Shown: one piece after another, positions 49,367 through 58,745 of the stretch
Position numbering within the stretch: position 1 is the first letter of the stretch
Layout: the number at the start of each line of letters is the position of its first letter
Assembly: GCA_963705505.1 (NCBI GenBank)
Contig: CAVPJU010000002.1
Span: 32,001-96,000 of the forward strand
Direction of reading: 5' to 3'
DNA length: 64,000 bases
From: an uncultured bacterium
GTDB taxonomy: Bacteria > Desulfobacterota_D > UBA1144 > Nemesobacterales > UBA2774
Notes under the pieces: generated by a model
Database searches by the model: none
What the model was told of the DNA's origin: nothing
What the model saw: the letters and a program-made list of their open reading frames with translations, nothing else
Program-made: the position numbers and the translations under genes

Positions 49367-50065
49367 ATGGTCAACCAGTGGGGGACAATTGGAATACCTT
49401 CCGAGAACCGTTTTCTCGGTCTCTACTACGAGCCTGAAAGCCGTCAGTTCTTAGCCCATTTCTATAAGCACCTCGGGGACGGGTTCGGACTCAAGAGCAT
49501 ATACGCAAGGCACATAACGGACGATACGTACAGGAGGATCACCCCCGAGACGGATGAGCTCTCGTATGAAGACGTCATACTCTGCCCGCGTGTTTCCAGA
49601 ATCTACGTGAACGTCTTCCGCGTGCACAAGAAAGGCGCAAAAATCACAGGGTACGAATGGCATTCGATACAGGAGATAGACACGGACACGGGCGGGATAA
49701 CGACAGTCCTCACCCCGCACGACCTCCCGGTCGAGCCGCCTTATTCGAAGGCATGGATCAGCAGATTGAGAAACGTCAAGAGCGAGAGCCGGAAGCCCGA
49801 GAGGATTACTGAAACCCCGGAGGGAGATTACGTCAGCGAGCCGGGGACTCACGCCGTTTACGGGTCGGGAGGAAAAGAACTCCTCTGCACAGTGTCGTTC
49901 AGGAAAAGAAAAAGCGGGCACGACGAGCCGGTCGAAGACTACCTCTGCAAAGTCTCCCCCGGCACAGGCGAGTATAAAAAAATAACGAAGCTCATAAACG
50001 CCGCGAAAGAGATTATCAAGCCTGAGAGTGCGGCGAGCGAAAACCTCGTGCTCGAAGGGCGTTAG
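49367..50065 (+). CDS. Hypothetical protein, paralogue of 32761-33321
   Basis: Alignable by eye over its whole length, with an insertion of about 30 aa. Confidence 0.8.
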   Translation: MVNQWGTIGIPSENRFLGLYYEPESRQFLAHFYKHLGDGFGLKSIYARHITDDTYRRITPETDELSYEDVILCPRVSRIYVNVFRVHKKGAKITGYEWHSIQEIDTDTGGITTVLTPHDLPVEPPYSKAWISRLRNVKSESRKPERITETPEGDYVSEPGTHAVYGSGGKELLCTVSFRKRKSGHDEPVEDYLCKVSPGTGEYKKITKLINAAKEIIKPESAASENLVLEGR

Positions 50066-50131
50066 AGCCGTACCAATCTTCGAAAGCCCCGCAGACCTCC
50101 GAAAATTTCCCAACCTTTTTACGATGATTGA

Positions 50132-50851
50132 TTAGTCTTGAGTGAGCAGGCCGGCAAACTCCTCGCGCGTGCCGCTGAATACGTTGAGGTCGACGAACCC
50201 GTCTATACCCCAGACCCTCCCCTTGTCCGCGTACTGCCAGAAGCTCCACTGCCTGCCGTCGGCGAGGCCGGGACTCGAATATATGTCCCGTATCCATATC
50301 AGGTAGCCGGGAAGCCCCCCGGCGATAAAGTCCGTGTAAGACTGCTTAGTCGTGTATATGAGCGGACGCCTGCCGTATCTGCGCTCGACGAGGTCCGAGA
50401 ACTCTCCGATCTCCCTGAGCACCTCTTCTTTCGAGGGGCGCGCGCTGCAGTTGCCCCCGTATTCGAGGTCTATCACCGGAGGCAGAAGCCCCGCTGAAAC
50501 AGGGACGGTATCGATATAATTCATCGCCTGCTCCTTTCCGGACTTACAGAACGTGAAGTAGTGATAAGCCCCCCTCGTAAGCCCGAGCTCCCCTGCCCTC
50601 TTCCAGTACTCGGTAAATTTCGTGTCCTTGTGGTTCCCGCCCTCCGTCGCCTTGATGAATACGAAGTCGAGGTCGGCGCGCTTCAATATCCCCCAGTCGA
50701 TCGAATCCTGGTGGTGTGATATGTCGATGCCGCGCACCGGGTATTTTTTCGAGCTCGGATAATTGAAGCGTATGTAACCCTCCTCGAAGAAGATCACCGC
50801 TCCGGCCGCGAGGAATATGATAGTTCCCGATATCGCTATAATGCGGTTCAT
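50132..50851 (-). CDS. GH25 lysozyme/muramidase
   Basis: GIDISHHQ, FIKATEG, GAYHYF, DLE, WQY, VDLN. Confidence 0.95.
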   Translation of the reverse strand: MNRIIAISGTIIFLAAGAVIFFEEGYIRFNYPSSKKYPVRGIDISHHQDSIDWGILKRADLDFVFIKATEGGNHKDTKFTEYWKRAGELGLTRGAYHYFTFCKSGKEQAMNYIDTVPVSAGLLPPVIDLEYGGNCSARPSKEEVLREIGEFSDLVERRYGRRPLIYTTKQSYTDFIAGGLPGYLIWIRDIYSSPGLADGRQWSFWQYADKGRVWGIDGFVDLNVFSGTREEFAGLLTQD

Positions 50852-50969
50852 AATGGAGGTGTTTACCCGGATAATATTATACTGTCCCGAGCCCGATTAT
50901 CACTTTCTATATATATGAAGCCGAATTAAGAGAGCCCGCACGCGCAAAGTCCGGTATCTTATTCAGCTT

Positions 50970-51653
50970 ATGGCGTTGAAGCTCGATGACGTAGTGCCTT
51001 TCGGGAGGTCGTTTGACGAGTACAGGCGGATATTCGCACTCACGGACGAAGACCTTGATAAAAAGATAATCAGCGTCGCCGACGGCCCGGCCGGGTTCAA
51101 CGCGGAGATGAAGAGGCGGGGACATACGGTCACGTCGGTCGATCCGGTTTACGAATTCCCGGGACGGGAGATAGAGAGACGTTTTCACGAGGTCGTCGAT
51201 AACATCATCGACCAGGTGAGAGCCACGCCCGGGGACTGGACGTGGACTTATCACAAGTCGCCGGAAGGACTGAGAAAGAACCGCGAGCGGGCGCTCGAAA
51301 CATTCCTCGCCGACTACGACTCAGGGAAAGCCGAGGGCAGATACGTCGTCGGCAGTCTCCCGCGCCTCCCCTACCCTGACCGTAGCTTCGACCTGGCCCT
51401 CTGCTCGCATTTTCTTTTCCTATACTCGGCGCAGCTTGGATACGAGTTCCACAGGGACTCGGTCCTGGAGATGATGCGAGTGGCCGGGGAAGCGAGGATA
51501 TTCCCGATCGTCGATCTATCGCCCGCGCTCTCGATTCACGTGGAGCCGCTCACGAAGGAGCTGCGATCCCGCGGCTTTACCGTGGAATTTCGTAAAGTGG
51601 ATTACGAGGTCCAGCGCGGGGGGAACGAGATGATGCGGGTGTGGAGGGGGTAG
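50970..51653 (+). CDS. SAM-dependent methyltransferase
   Basis: VADGPAGF, VDP.Y, LPYPDRSFDLALCSHFLFLY. Confidence 0.88.
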   Translation: MALKLDDVVPFGRSFDEYRRIFALTDEDLDKKIISVADGPAGFNAEMKRRGHTVTSVDPVYEFPGREIERRFHEVVDNIIDQVRATPGDWTWTYHKSPEGLRKNRERALETFLADYDSGKAEGRYVVGSLPRLPYPDRSFDLALCSHFLFLYSAQLGYEFHRDSVLEMMRVAGEARIFPIVDLSPALSIHVEPLTKELRSRGFTVEFRKVDYEVQRGGNEMMRVWRG

Positions 51654-51668
51654 AGGAGCCAAAAAGAT

Positions 51669-51824
51669 GAGATTGCCGCGCGGAGTTTATCCTGAGCGAA
51701 GTCGAAGGGCTCGCAATGACAGAAAAAATAAATCGCGGCTGGTTTTCCCCAGGCTTGACCCGGGAACTCGCTTCTACAGTTATATTTTAAGACTGGATTC
51801 CCGATATATAGACTTGCGGGAATC
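51669..51824. repeat. REP-like mosaic; contains the left 24-bp island repeat (51782-51805)
   Basis: GAGATTGC..CCTGAGCGAAGTCGAAGG..GCAATGAC; GGATTCCCG..CGGGAATC. Confidence 0.75.
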
Positions 51825-51897
51825 TGCCCAATTCAAGCGTTAAAAAAATCCGCGGCCGAGTTCATGAACCTACGGGGGGTTAGTCGAAATGACGTTC

Positions 51898-52479
51898 TTA
51901 TCCGGCCAGCGCTTTCTCAATACGGCGGTCAGGGATTAGCCACATAGCAGCAACCAAGACGTACAGAGCACAGGCAAACCACGAATTCACAAAGGAAAGT
52001 GATATTGCCACAGCGTAGAGCACAAGAGATACCTTTCCCTTGAAGTCCCGGCCAACCGCTGTCGCTAAAGTGGAATCCACGCCCTGGTAGATTATAAGAG
52101 TGCGGGTGAGGATAACATAAGCGAACCCGGTTAATAACAGGTCCATCCCATAAAGCGCAACCGGCCAGGTACCGAAGTGGTTTTCACCCATCCATCCGGT
52201 AGCGAAAGGGATCAGCGACAACCAGAATAACAGGTTCATATTAGCCCACAGAATACTGCCATTAATCTGCCGGACTGCCTGTAACAGATGATGGTGATTG
52301 TTCCAGTATATCCCGATGTAAATAAAACTAAGCACATAACTCAGGAATTTCGGTATCAGCGGGCGCAGCGCACCCAAACCGGCCTCATGCGGTATCTTCA
52401 ATTCCAGCACCATGATGGTGATAATTATAGCAATGACACCATCGCTAAATGCTTCTAATCTTCCTTTACTCATTTGCAA
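51898..52479 (-). CDS. TMEM175-family (DUF1211) potassium channel
   Basis: RLEAFSDGVIAIIITIMVLE, YWNNHH. Confidence 0.95.
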   Translation of the reverse strand: MQMSKGRLEAFSDGVIAIIITIMVLELKIPHEAGLGALRPLIPKFLSYVLSFIYIGIYWNNHHHLLQAVRQINGSILWANMNLLFWLSLIPFATGWMGENHFGTWPVALYGMDLLLTGFAYVILTRTLIIYQGVDSTLATAVGRDFKGKVSLVLYAVAISLSFVNSWFACALYVLVAAMWLIPDRRIEKALAG

Positions 52480-52588
52480 TCTCTACATTAAATAAATGTG
52501 TTAACCGCCGGGCTGTATATTACATGGCGCTGGTTTAACCTGATGATTTCACTGATTAATACAATATAGTCTCACTATACGAGAAGCG

Positions 52589-53095
52589 TTAGCGACTCTT
52601 GCGCAGGGCGCGTCTTTTGGGACCTCCGCTAACGTCCGGAACTTCTTCGCCGAGGGCTGTGGCCAAATCGATTTGATGGTCCTGCTCCTGAATCAGGATC
52701 TGGCGAATTTGTTCCGCCATCGCGTATTCCCCCAGCGTTTCACATTGCCGGATGCGATCGCGGTAATTGCGAATGGTTTCGTTTTCATTCTCGAGATCGT
52801 ACCGGAGCATGTCTTTCGGATTTTTCGATGTGCGTACCGGCTTGGGAGTGACCACCGGCATTTTGCCGAGATAATCGATCTGCCGCGAAAGGATCAGGGC
52901 ATGATCGAGCTCCTGCTTGGCGTGGATTTCGAGCTGGGCGGCGATGTTCATGTATTGGGCACCGCTGAGCACCTGGGAATAGACTACGTAGGCGATGATG
53001 GCTTGATATTCGCGGGAAAGGTCTTCGTTCAACAGCTCCGCGAGGCGGTCGCGGGAAATTTCGTTTTCGTTCGCGGCGGATTTGGGCTTAGCCAT
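52589..53095 (-). CDS. Ferritin-like/bacterioferritin-family protein
   Basis: LNEDLSREYQAI, ELDH, EQDH ferroxidase-type motifs. Confidence 0.9.
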   Translation of the reverse strand: MAKPKSAANENEISRDRLAELLNEDLSREYQAIIAYVVYSQVLSGAQYMNIAAQLEIHAKQELDHALILSRQIDYLGKMPVVTPKPVRTSKNPKDMLRYDLENENETIRNYRDRIRQCETLGEYAMAEQIRQILIQEQDHQIDLATALGEEVPDVSGGPKRRALRKSR

Positions 53096-53297
53096 TTGAT
53101 TCCTCCTTTGAATTGAAAGACAGATTATGAATCTCTAACGGCACCACGATCCCCTTGTCAGACGGCGAGTGTCATGTTCGGATGTCCGTGTGGGGAAACT
53201 CCCAGTCATGACCGGAGAAAAGGCGCGACACAGATCATCCTCTCCTCTTATACACTAATTTTTACGTTGCTATTCTCGCACAAAAAGGAGGTTTATG

Positions 53298-54047
53298 TCA
53301 AGGCGTCGAGCGGGCGAGCCAGTCATCGAAATGCGTCGGGCCGATGCGCGGGTTGTCGCCCGGGGTGAGGGATCGATCGTTTACCTCCAGGCCGTAGTAG
53401 CGCGCATGGGGGTCCGTAACCACATGACGCTCGTCCCGGTTTGCGCTCAGGTATCGTCTGACGAGCTCGTCGAGACGGATTTTTTCGGGACCGGCCACCT
53501 CGACCATGCCGTTCACCGGCGCCCCGAGCGTTACGTCGGCGAGCGCCGCGGCGACGTCATCCGAGACGATGGGCTGCATAAGGGCGGACGGCAACCTGAC
53601 CGTTTGCCCGTCGGTTGCCTCTTGGGCGATGCCGCCCACGAATTCGAAGAACTGTGTTGAGCGGAGGATGGTATAGGGAATCCCGGAAGCTTTGATCAGT
53701 TCTTCCTGGGCCATCTTCGCCCGGAAGTACCCGCTCGCTTGAAGACGGTCGGTGCCCACGACCGACAACGCGACGTGATGCCCCACGCCGGCGGCTGCTT
53801 CCGCGGTAAGCTGGTTACGGGTTGACGTCACGAAAAACTCCATAACCGCCTTGTCCTCCCACGAAGGAGAGTTCGTCACATCAACGACAATCTGAGCGCC
53901 TGAAAGCGCTTCAGCCAGTCCCTCGCCGGTGATGGTGTTGACGCCCGAGGCGGGCGATGCCGCCACTACCTCTTGGCCAAGCTGACGAAGCTTGTTCACG
54001 AGCTTTGATCCGATGAGCCCGGTGCCCCCGATAACCACAATTTTCAT
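53298..54047 (-). CDS. NmrA-like/SDR NAD(P)-binding oxidoreductase
   Basis: MKIVVIGGTGLIG, GYFRAK, RSTQFFEF. Confidence 0.92.
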   Translation of the reverse strand: MKIVVIGGTGLIGSKLVNKLRQLGQEVVAASPASGVNTITGEGLAEALSGAQIVVDVTNSPSWEDKAVMEFFVTSTRNQLTAEAAAGVGHHVALSVVGTDRLQASGYFRAKMAQEELIKASGIPYTILRSTQFFEFVGGIAQEATDGQTVRLPSALMQPIVSDDVAAALADVTLGAPVNGMVEVAGPEKIRLDELVRRYLSANRDERHVVTDPHARYYGLEVNDRSLTPGDNPRIGPTHFDDWLARSTP

Positions 54048-54123
54048 GATTTGTCTCCTTGAATTTTTAATCTTGCCCGCGCGATGAGGCCTCGGTATTT
54101 TCGCCGTTAGGCCATTCCGGCCG

Positions 54124-54561
54124 TCACTTGACCGGCATTAGTATCGGCGCGCCTTTGTCCTTGACCAATACGACCAACAGTTTTGCTGGCTTGCTCGCGC
54201 TTGCGTTCCGGCCCACGACATGGACATCGTCGGGCCCCTCGTAAAACGTCTGTCCCGGCGTCAGCGTCACTTCTTTTCCTCCTTTCACCTGCATTATAAC
54301 TGTGCCTTCCAGCACGTAGATAAACCCGTACGCATTGTGCCGGTGCACAGGATCTGACCAGCCCGGCGGATACTCCACTGTAATCATTGAGACTTCCTTG
54401 CCTGGAAAGTCCGTCAGGTCTTTCGACATGAGCGGAACGACGTCAGCCTCCTGAGCCGTCACCGCGCTCGTCATTAGGAAAAGCAGAAGCAATGAGATTG
54501 TCGTCCTTTTCATCGTTGATTTTTTATACATTTTGCACCTCCGACTGCAGTTTTGGCACAA
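54124..54561 (-). CDS. Exported cupin-domain protein
   Basis: Signal peptide (start about 54513), HRH..YVLEG, FYEGP..VH. Confidence 0.9.
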   Translation of the reverse strand: MCQNCSRRCKMYKKSTMKRTTISLLLLFLMTSAVTAQEADVVPLMSKDLTDFPGKEVSMITVEYPPGWSDPVHRHNAYGFIYVLEGTVIMQVKGGKEVTLTPGQTFYEGPDDVHVVGRNASASKPAKLLVVLVKDKGAPILMPVK

Positions 54562-54608
54562 AGGGCAGACCGCTTACGTACGTCACGATCTGCCGTGCGG
54601 TCCCGAAC

Positions 54609-55464
54609 TCAGGCCGCTTTAGAGCTGTTCTTAGCCGTCCCTATAAACTCCAGCAGATCTGTGTTGACCTGATCCTGGTGTGTGGCCGTCAGGCCGTGCG
54701 GAGCGCCCGGATATACAAGGATCTTTGCTCCCTTGATAAGTTTGGCTGATTTCTCCGCATGATTCTTGACGGGGACGATCTGGTCGTCATCTCCGTGCAT
54801 CACCAAGGTCGGGATATCGAACTTCTTGAGATCTTCCGTGAGGTCGGTCTCGGAGAACGCTTTAATGCTTTCGTAGGCGTTTATTTGGCCGCACTGCATG
54901 CTCCAGAGCCAGAATTGTTCGAGTATCCCCTGGGACACCTTGACACCTTTGTTGGCGCCATAGAACGATATGGCTAAATCCTTGTAAAACTGTGAGCGGT
55001 CAGCGGCGAGCCCTGCCCGGAGCCCGTCAAACACCTCGATGGGCAGAGCCTTCGGGATTGGCTGCGGTCTTGAGCATAAGCGGCGGAATGGCAGAGACGA
55101 GGACGGCCTTGGCTACCCGCTTCGTCCCGTGACGACCTATGTAACGCGAGACCTCTCCGCCTCCCGTTGAGTGGCCTACAAGTACCGCCTCCTTGAGATC
55201 GAGCGCTTCGATGACGGCAGCGAGATCGTCGGCATAGCCGTTCATGTCGTTTCCTGAAGAGGTCTGGCTGGACCGGCCATGACCACGCCGGTCGAGCGCG
55301 ATCGCGCGATAACCGTTACGCACCAAAAAGTGCATCTGACCGTCCCATGCGTCCGTGCTCAACGGCCAGCCGTGGCTGAAAACTACGGGCTGTCCCTTAC
55401 CCCAGTCTTTGTAATATATATCTATGTCTGCACCGTTTTCCTTACCAACGTTAATATATGGCAT
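54609..55464 (-). CDS. Non-haem chloroperoxidase/arylesterase, frameshifted near 55045
   Basis: [30 protein letters not shown]; second [15 protein letters not shown]. Confidence 0.88.
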
Positions 55465-55594
55465 TTTTACTTTCCCCTTTTATTTTATGTTGTTCTATGA
55501 ATACTTTATGTTTACTACTATGTGCTGATTATTAACGAGAGGTGCAACTAAAATAAGGAGGGAGTTTGTCTGCTAACTCCCTCCTCCTTAAAAA

Positions 55595-55954
55595 TTAATC
55601 TACGTAGAGAACCCAACCTCCCGGTGTTTGCTCAACTCTACCCGTAATCTTTACATCCGTATGGTTAGGGTTCATCTGAATCTTCATTAATCCTTCTTGC
55701 AAACCCTGGAGATAATAGACCTTGCCTTCCTTCGTAATTAACATGTGTGGATGCGGCGGCTCATTTTTACAAGGTCCATTAGCAATTACGGGATTAACGG
55801 TTCCCTTCTGATAATCGGGTATTAAGCAAATGACACTACCCTCTACTGTTACTGTCTCGTCCTTTGCAAAGCTAGAACTGACTAGTGAAACTGAGAACAA
55901 AATGACCAACGTTAATGATAAAACAACAGGGATATTTCTACTCATTTGTGTCAC
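55595..55954 (-). CDS. Small secreted hypothetical protein
   Basis: Signal peptide, Cys pair and HPH motif, OB-like strands; followed by a hairpin at 55556-55590. Confidence 0.75.
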   Translation of the reverse strand: MTQMSRNIPVVLSLTLVILFSVSLVSSSFAKDETVTVEGSVICLIPDYQKGTVNPVIANGPCKNEPPHPHMLITKEGKVYYLQGLQEGLMKIQMNPNHTDVKITGRVEQTPGGWVLYVD

Positions 55955-56111
55955 CTCCTTTTATTAATTTGATTTTCTTCATACCAATTTAGATCAATAT
56001 TTATGAGAAAGGGCCTATGCGGTCTCGCCTTTTAATAGTGAGGCTAGGCGAAACTGAATTTGGCGCATGGGGCGGGCGGTGCGCGTTGTGTGCACCGCTC
56101 ACTCACTCAAA

Positions 56112-57341
56112 CTACCGCAATGATTTAAACGCCGCGCGGAGATCTTTAACGATGTATTCCGGCTGCTCCCACGCCGCAAAGTGCCCGCCCTTGTCGTGCT
56201 TGTTGTAATAGATGAGTTTGGGATATGCCCGCTCTGCCCAACTCCGCGGGGCTGGATAGAGCTCGTCAGGAAAGACGCTCACGGCAACCGGGATGGAGAC
56301 GCCTTTGGCATTGAAATACCCAAGTTTGCCCCAATTCTCCCAATAGAGACGGGCGCCAGAAAGCGCCGTGTTCGTCAACCAGGTGATCGTGATGTTGTCG
56401 AGGATGTCGTCGCGCGTAAGGCCCTCGGCTTGTCCTCGAAAGACACGTGCGATCAGCTCGTAGCTGCGCGCGTCGTGATCAAGGAAATAAGCCGCCAAGC
56501 CGACGGGTGAATCCGCGATCCCGTACAACGTCTGCGGTCGCAGACCCATCTGGAACCCGTAGGCGATTCCCTTTTGATAGACGAACTGCAGACGCTCGTA
56601 AGCGAGTTTCTCGTCGGCTGAGAGACCCGACGGCGCCGGCGCGCCGGAAAAGGCCGCCCCGTCAATATCGGCTGGAAAGATGCCGGGCATGTTGGTGTGG
56701 ATGCCGAGCAATTCCGGGGCAGCTTGCACGCCCATCTCATCGGTGACCACCGCACCCCAATCGCCGCCCTGCGCCACGAATTTCGTGTATCCAAGTCGCT
56801 TCATCAGCACGACCCAGGCACGCGCGATGTGGGCAACATCCCACCCGGTGGTGGTCGGTTTGCCTGAGTATCCGTAGCCCGGCATAGACGGAACCACCAC
56901 ATGGAAAGCGTCCGATGCGCTCCCGCCATGCGCCGTGGGATTGGCAAGCGGATCGATAATCTTCATCTGCTCGACGATCGAGCCGGGCCATCCGTGCGTG
57001 ACGATAATCGGTAACGCGTTTTCATGTTTCGAGCGAACGTGAATGAAATGAATGTCGAGCCCATCGATCTCGGTGATGAATTGCGGCAGGGCCTTCAGCT
57101 TCGCCTCACACTTGCGCCAATCGTAGTCTGTCGCCCAATAGCGTGCGAGGGCCTGAGTCGTCGCGAGCTGCACGCCTTGGGATGCATCAGCGACCGTTTC
57201 CCGTTCAGGCCACTTTGTCGCTTTAATGCGCCTGCGCAATTCGGTCAGTTCGGCTTCCGGAACATTCACATGAAAAGGACGAATTGCATCCTTGTCGGCC
57301 GCCTGCTTGCTGACTTGTTGTGTAGCACTGGTTTGGGTCAT
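56112..57341 (-). CDS. Epoxide hydrolase (EHN domain)
   Basis: [30 protein letters not shown]. Confidence 0.95.
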   Translation of the reverse strand: MTQTSATQQVSKQAADKDAIRPFHVNVPEAELTELRRRIKATKWPERETVADASQGVQLATTQALARYWATDYDWRKCEAKLKALPQFITEIDGLDIHFIHVRSKHENALPIIVTHGWPGSIVEQMKIIDPLANPTAHGGSASDAFHVVVPSMPGYGYSGKPTTTGWDVAHIARAWVVLMKRLGYTKFVAQGGDWGAVVTDEMGVQAAPELLGIHTNMPGIFPADIDGAAFSGAPAPSGLSADEKLAYERLQFVYQKGIAYGFQMGLRPQTLYGIADSPVGLAAYFLDHDARSYELIARVFRGQAEGLTRDDILDNITITWLTNTALSGARLYWENWGKLGYFNAKGVSIPVAVSVFPDELYPAPRSWAERAYPKLIYYNKHDKGGHFAAWEQPEYIVKDLRAAFKSLR

Positions 57342-57507
57342 GGTATTCTCCTTTTGAGTAGTTTTATGCGAGGCCGAGCGAACTAAACACGCCAAAGCCG
57401 AAGGCTTGGGTCATTTCGGTCATAACGTATTGCATTTTTTCTCGCTCCTTCTATTTAGATTTGCTACTCACTTAATATGATGAATATTTATTCGAAAAGG
57501 ATAGATA

Positions 57508-58242
57508 TTATTTTCTCCATTCGTAGAAATAATCTGAAAGTCTAATCCTTAAAAAAAGTCTTGCCCTGCGAATCCTGAATTTAATTGTATTAACTGAAAG
57601 TCCCAATATCTTTGCCACTTCTGGATTTGTAAGGCCTTCCACGTCCCTCAAGTGGAGGACAACCCTGTAGGAAGCCTGGAGCTCGTTCAACGCCTGCTCT
57701 ATCTTTTCTATTAACTCTCGTTTGGAAAAAGAGACATCGGAGTTATGATTCCAGTCTCCAAGGTCTAATCCATTAGACACTCCGTCTTCGATATTGGAGA
57801 TATACTCCTCAAAGCTAAGGACGTTTCTGTGTTTTTTCTCAGCCCTAAGATAAGCGAAGCTTGCATTCGCAGTGACACTGTAGAGCCATGTCGAGAAATT
57901 ACTTTCTCCATTGAACGTCTCCAGCTTTTCAACGAGTTTTAAAAACACCTCCTGCATGACGTCTTCTGCTCCTTTCGTGTCACGTGTAATCCTGAGCGCA
58001 GTCCTGTATATCATATCTCCGTACCTGTCTACGATTTCGTTGAAAGCGCCTTCATCGTGAGTTTTGACGAAATGACCGGCAATTTCCTTATCGTTAAGAT
58101 GTTTATAACCCGGCTCCGCATTATTTCTCTTCGGGTTTTTTCCTGCGAGCGGTATGGTCCGGGCTTGATTTTCCGCCGTGTATGAGGCCTCCGGTCTTTC
58201 CCGCACTGTGAGCTTTTCTTCTGCCGGATTCATATGTTTCAT
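57508..58242 (-). CDS. ECF sigma factor (RpoE-like)
   Basis: AEDVMQEVFL, F.G.S.FSTWLY, VL.LRDVEGL...EVA..LG.S..TIK.RI.RAR. Confidence 0.92.
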   Translation of the reverse strand: MKHMNPAEEKLTVRERPEASYTAENQARTIPLAGKNPKRNNAEPGYKHLNDKEIAGHFVKTHDEGAFNEIVDRYGDMIYRTALRITRDTKGAEDVMQEVFLKLVEKLETFNGESNFSTWLYSVTANASFAYLRAEKKHRNVLSFEEYISNIEDGVSNGLDLGDWNHNSDVSFSKRELIEKIEQALNELQASYRVVLHLRDVEGLTNPEVAKILGLSVNTIKFRIRRARLFLRIRLSDYFYEWRK

Positions 58243-58306
58243 TTTTTTCTCCTCATATATTTCGACTGCAATTTATTGCCTGCACATCATCTGCTATTTC
58301 TAATAG

Positions 58307-58323
58307 TGCAAAGGTTGTGCCAA
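58307..58323 (-). promoter_or_regulatory. Sigma54 -24/-12 promoter of the ECF sigma gene
   Basis: Minus strand TTGGCACaacctTTGCA, a consensus match. Confidence 0.85.
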
Positions 58324-58419
58324 AAAGTAGAGATCACTTAAGCCGCAAGCTAAGTGGCTAAATTACACTCTGTTTAAGTAATAATTTTTTCGTTCATTCC
58401 CTTTCGCCCGGCCGAGACG

Positions 58420-58439
58420 TGTTAGGAAATATCCTCACA
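58420..58439. promoter_or_regulatory. Candidate enhancer (UAS) palindrome
   Basis: TGTTAGGA-aata-TCCTCACA, about 100 bp upstream of the sigma54 promoter. Confidence 0.5.
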
Positions 58440-58745
58440 GTCAGGAAATGTAACGAAAAGGATTGAAATATTTTTTCGGATCACTCGACCGAATTTCAGC
58501 CTAATAGATAGTGTACTAACGGGGATAACTTTCGTAATAACCGGGGTTGACACGTGGCTGACCCATACTCTATTTGCCAACACATCGTAGGTTCTCTACA
58601 TGCTCCCGCTTTTCAACCCCACGACGATTACAGGCCTCAATCTCGAATAGTTTTTAATGCCTTCACGCGGTTGCACCAGAATCAAGACAGTCTTGTTTGG
58701 GGCAGGAAATGAATAAGTATCAAAGAGAGCAAGGCAGAAGCGGTA

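Noticed and set aside
50132..50851. GH25 lysozyme as a prophage marker
   Set aside because: No holin, structural or integrase genes nearby; N-terminal anchor typical of chromosomal GH25 proteins
53130..54115. CTAAC/GTTAG motifs as integron attC sites in the island
   Set aside because: No paired R''/R' boxes with an internal palindrome after the genes, and no integron integrase
57360..57371. Third copy of AGTTTTATGCG matching 27420-27441
   Set aside because: A single short match 30 kb away with no supporting context; chance is likely
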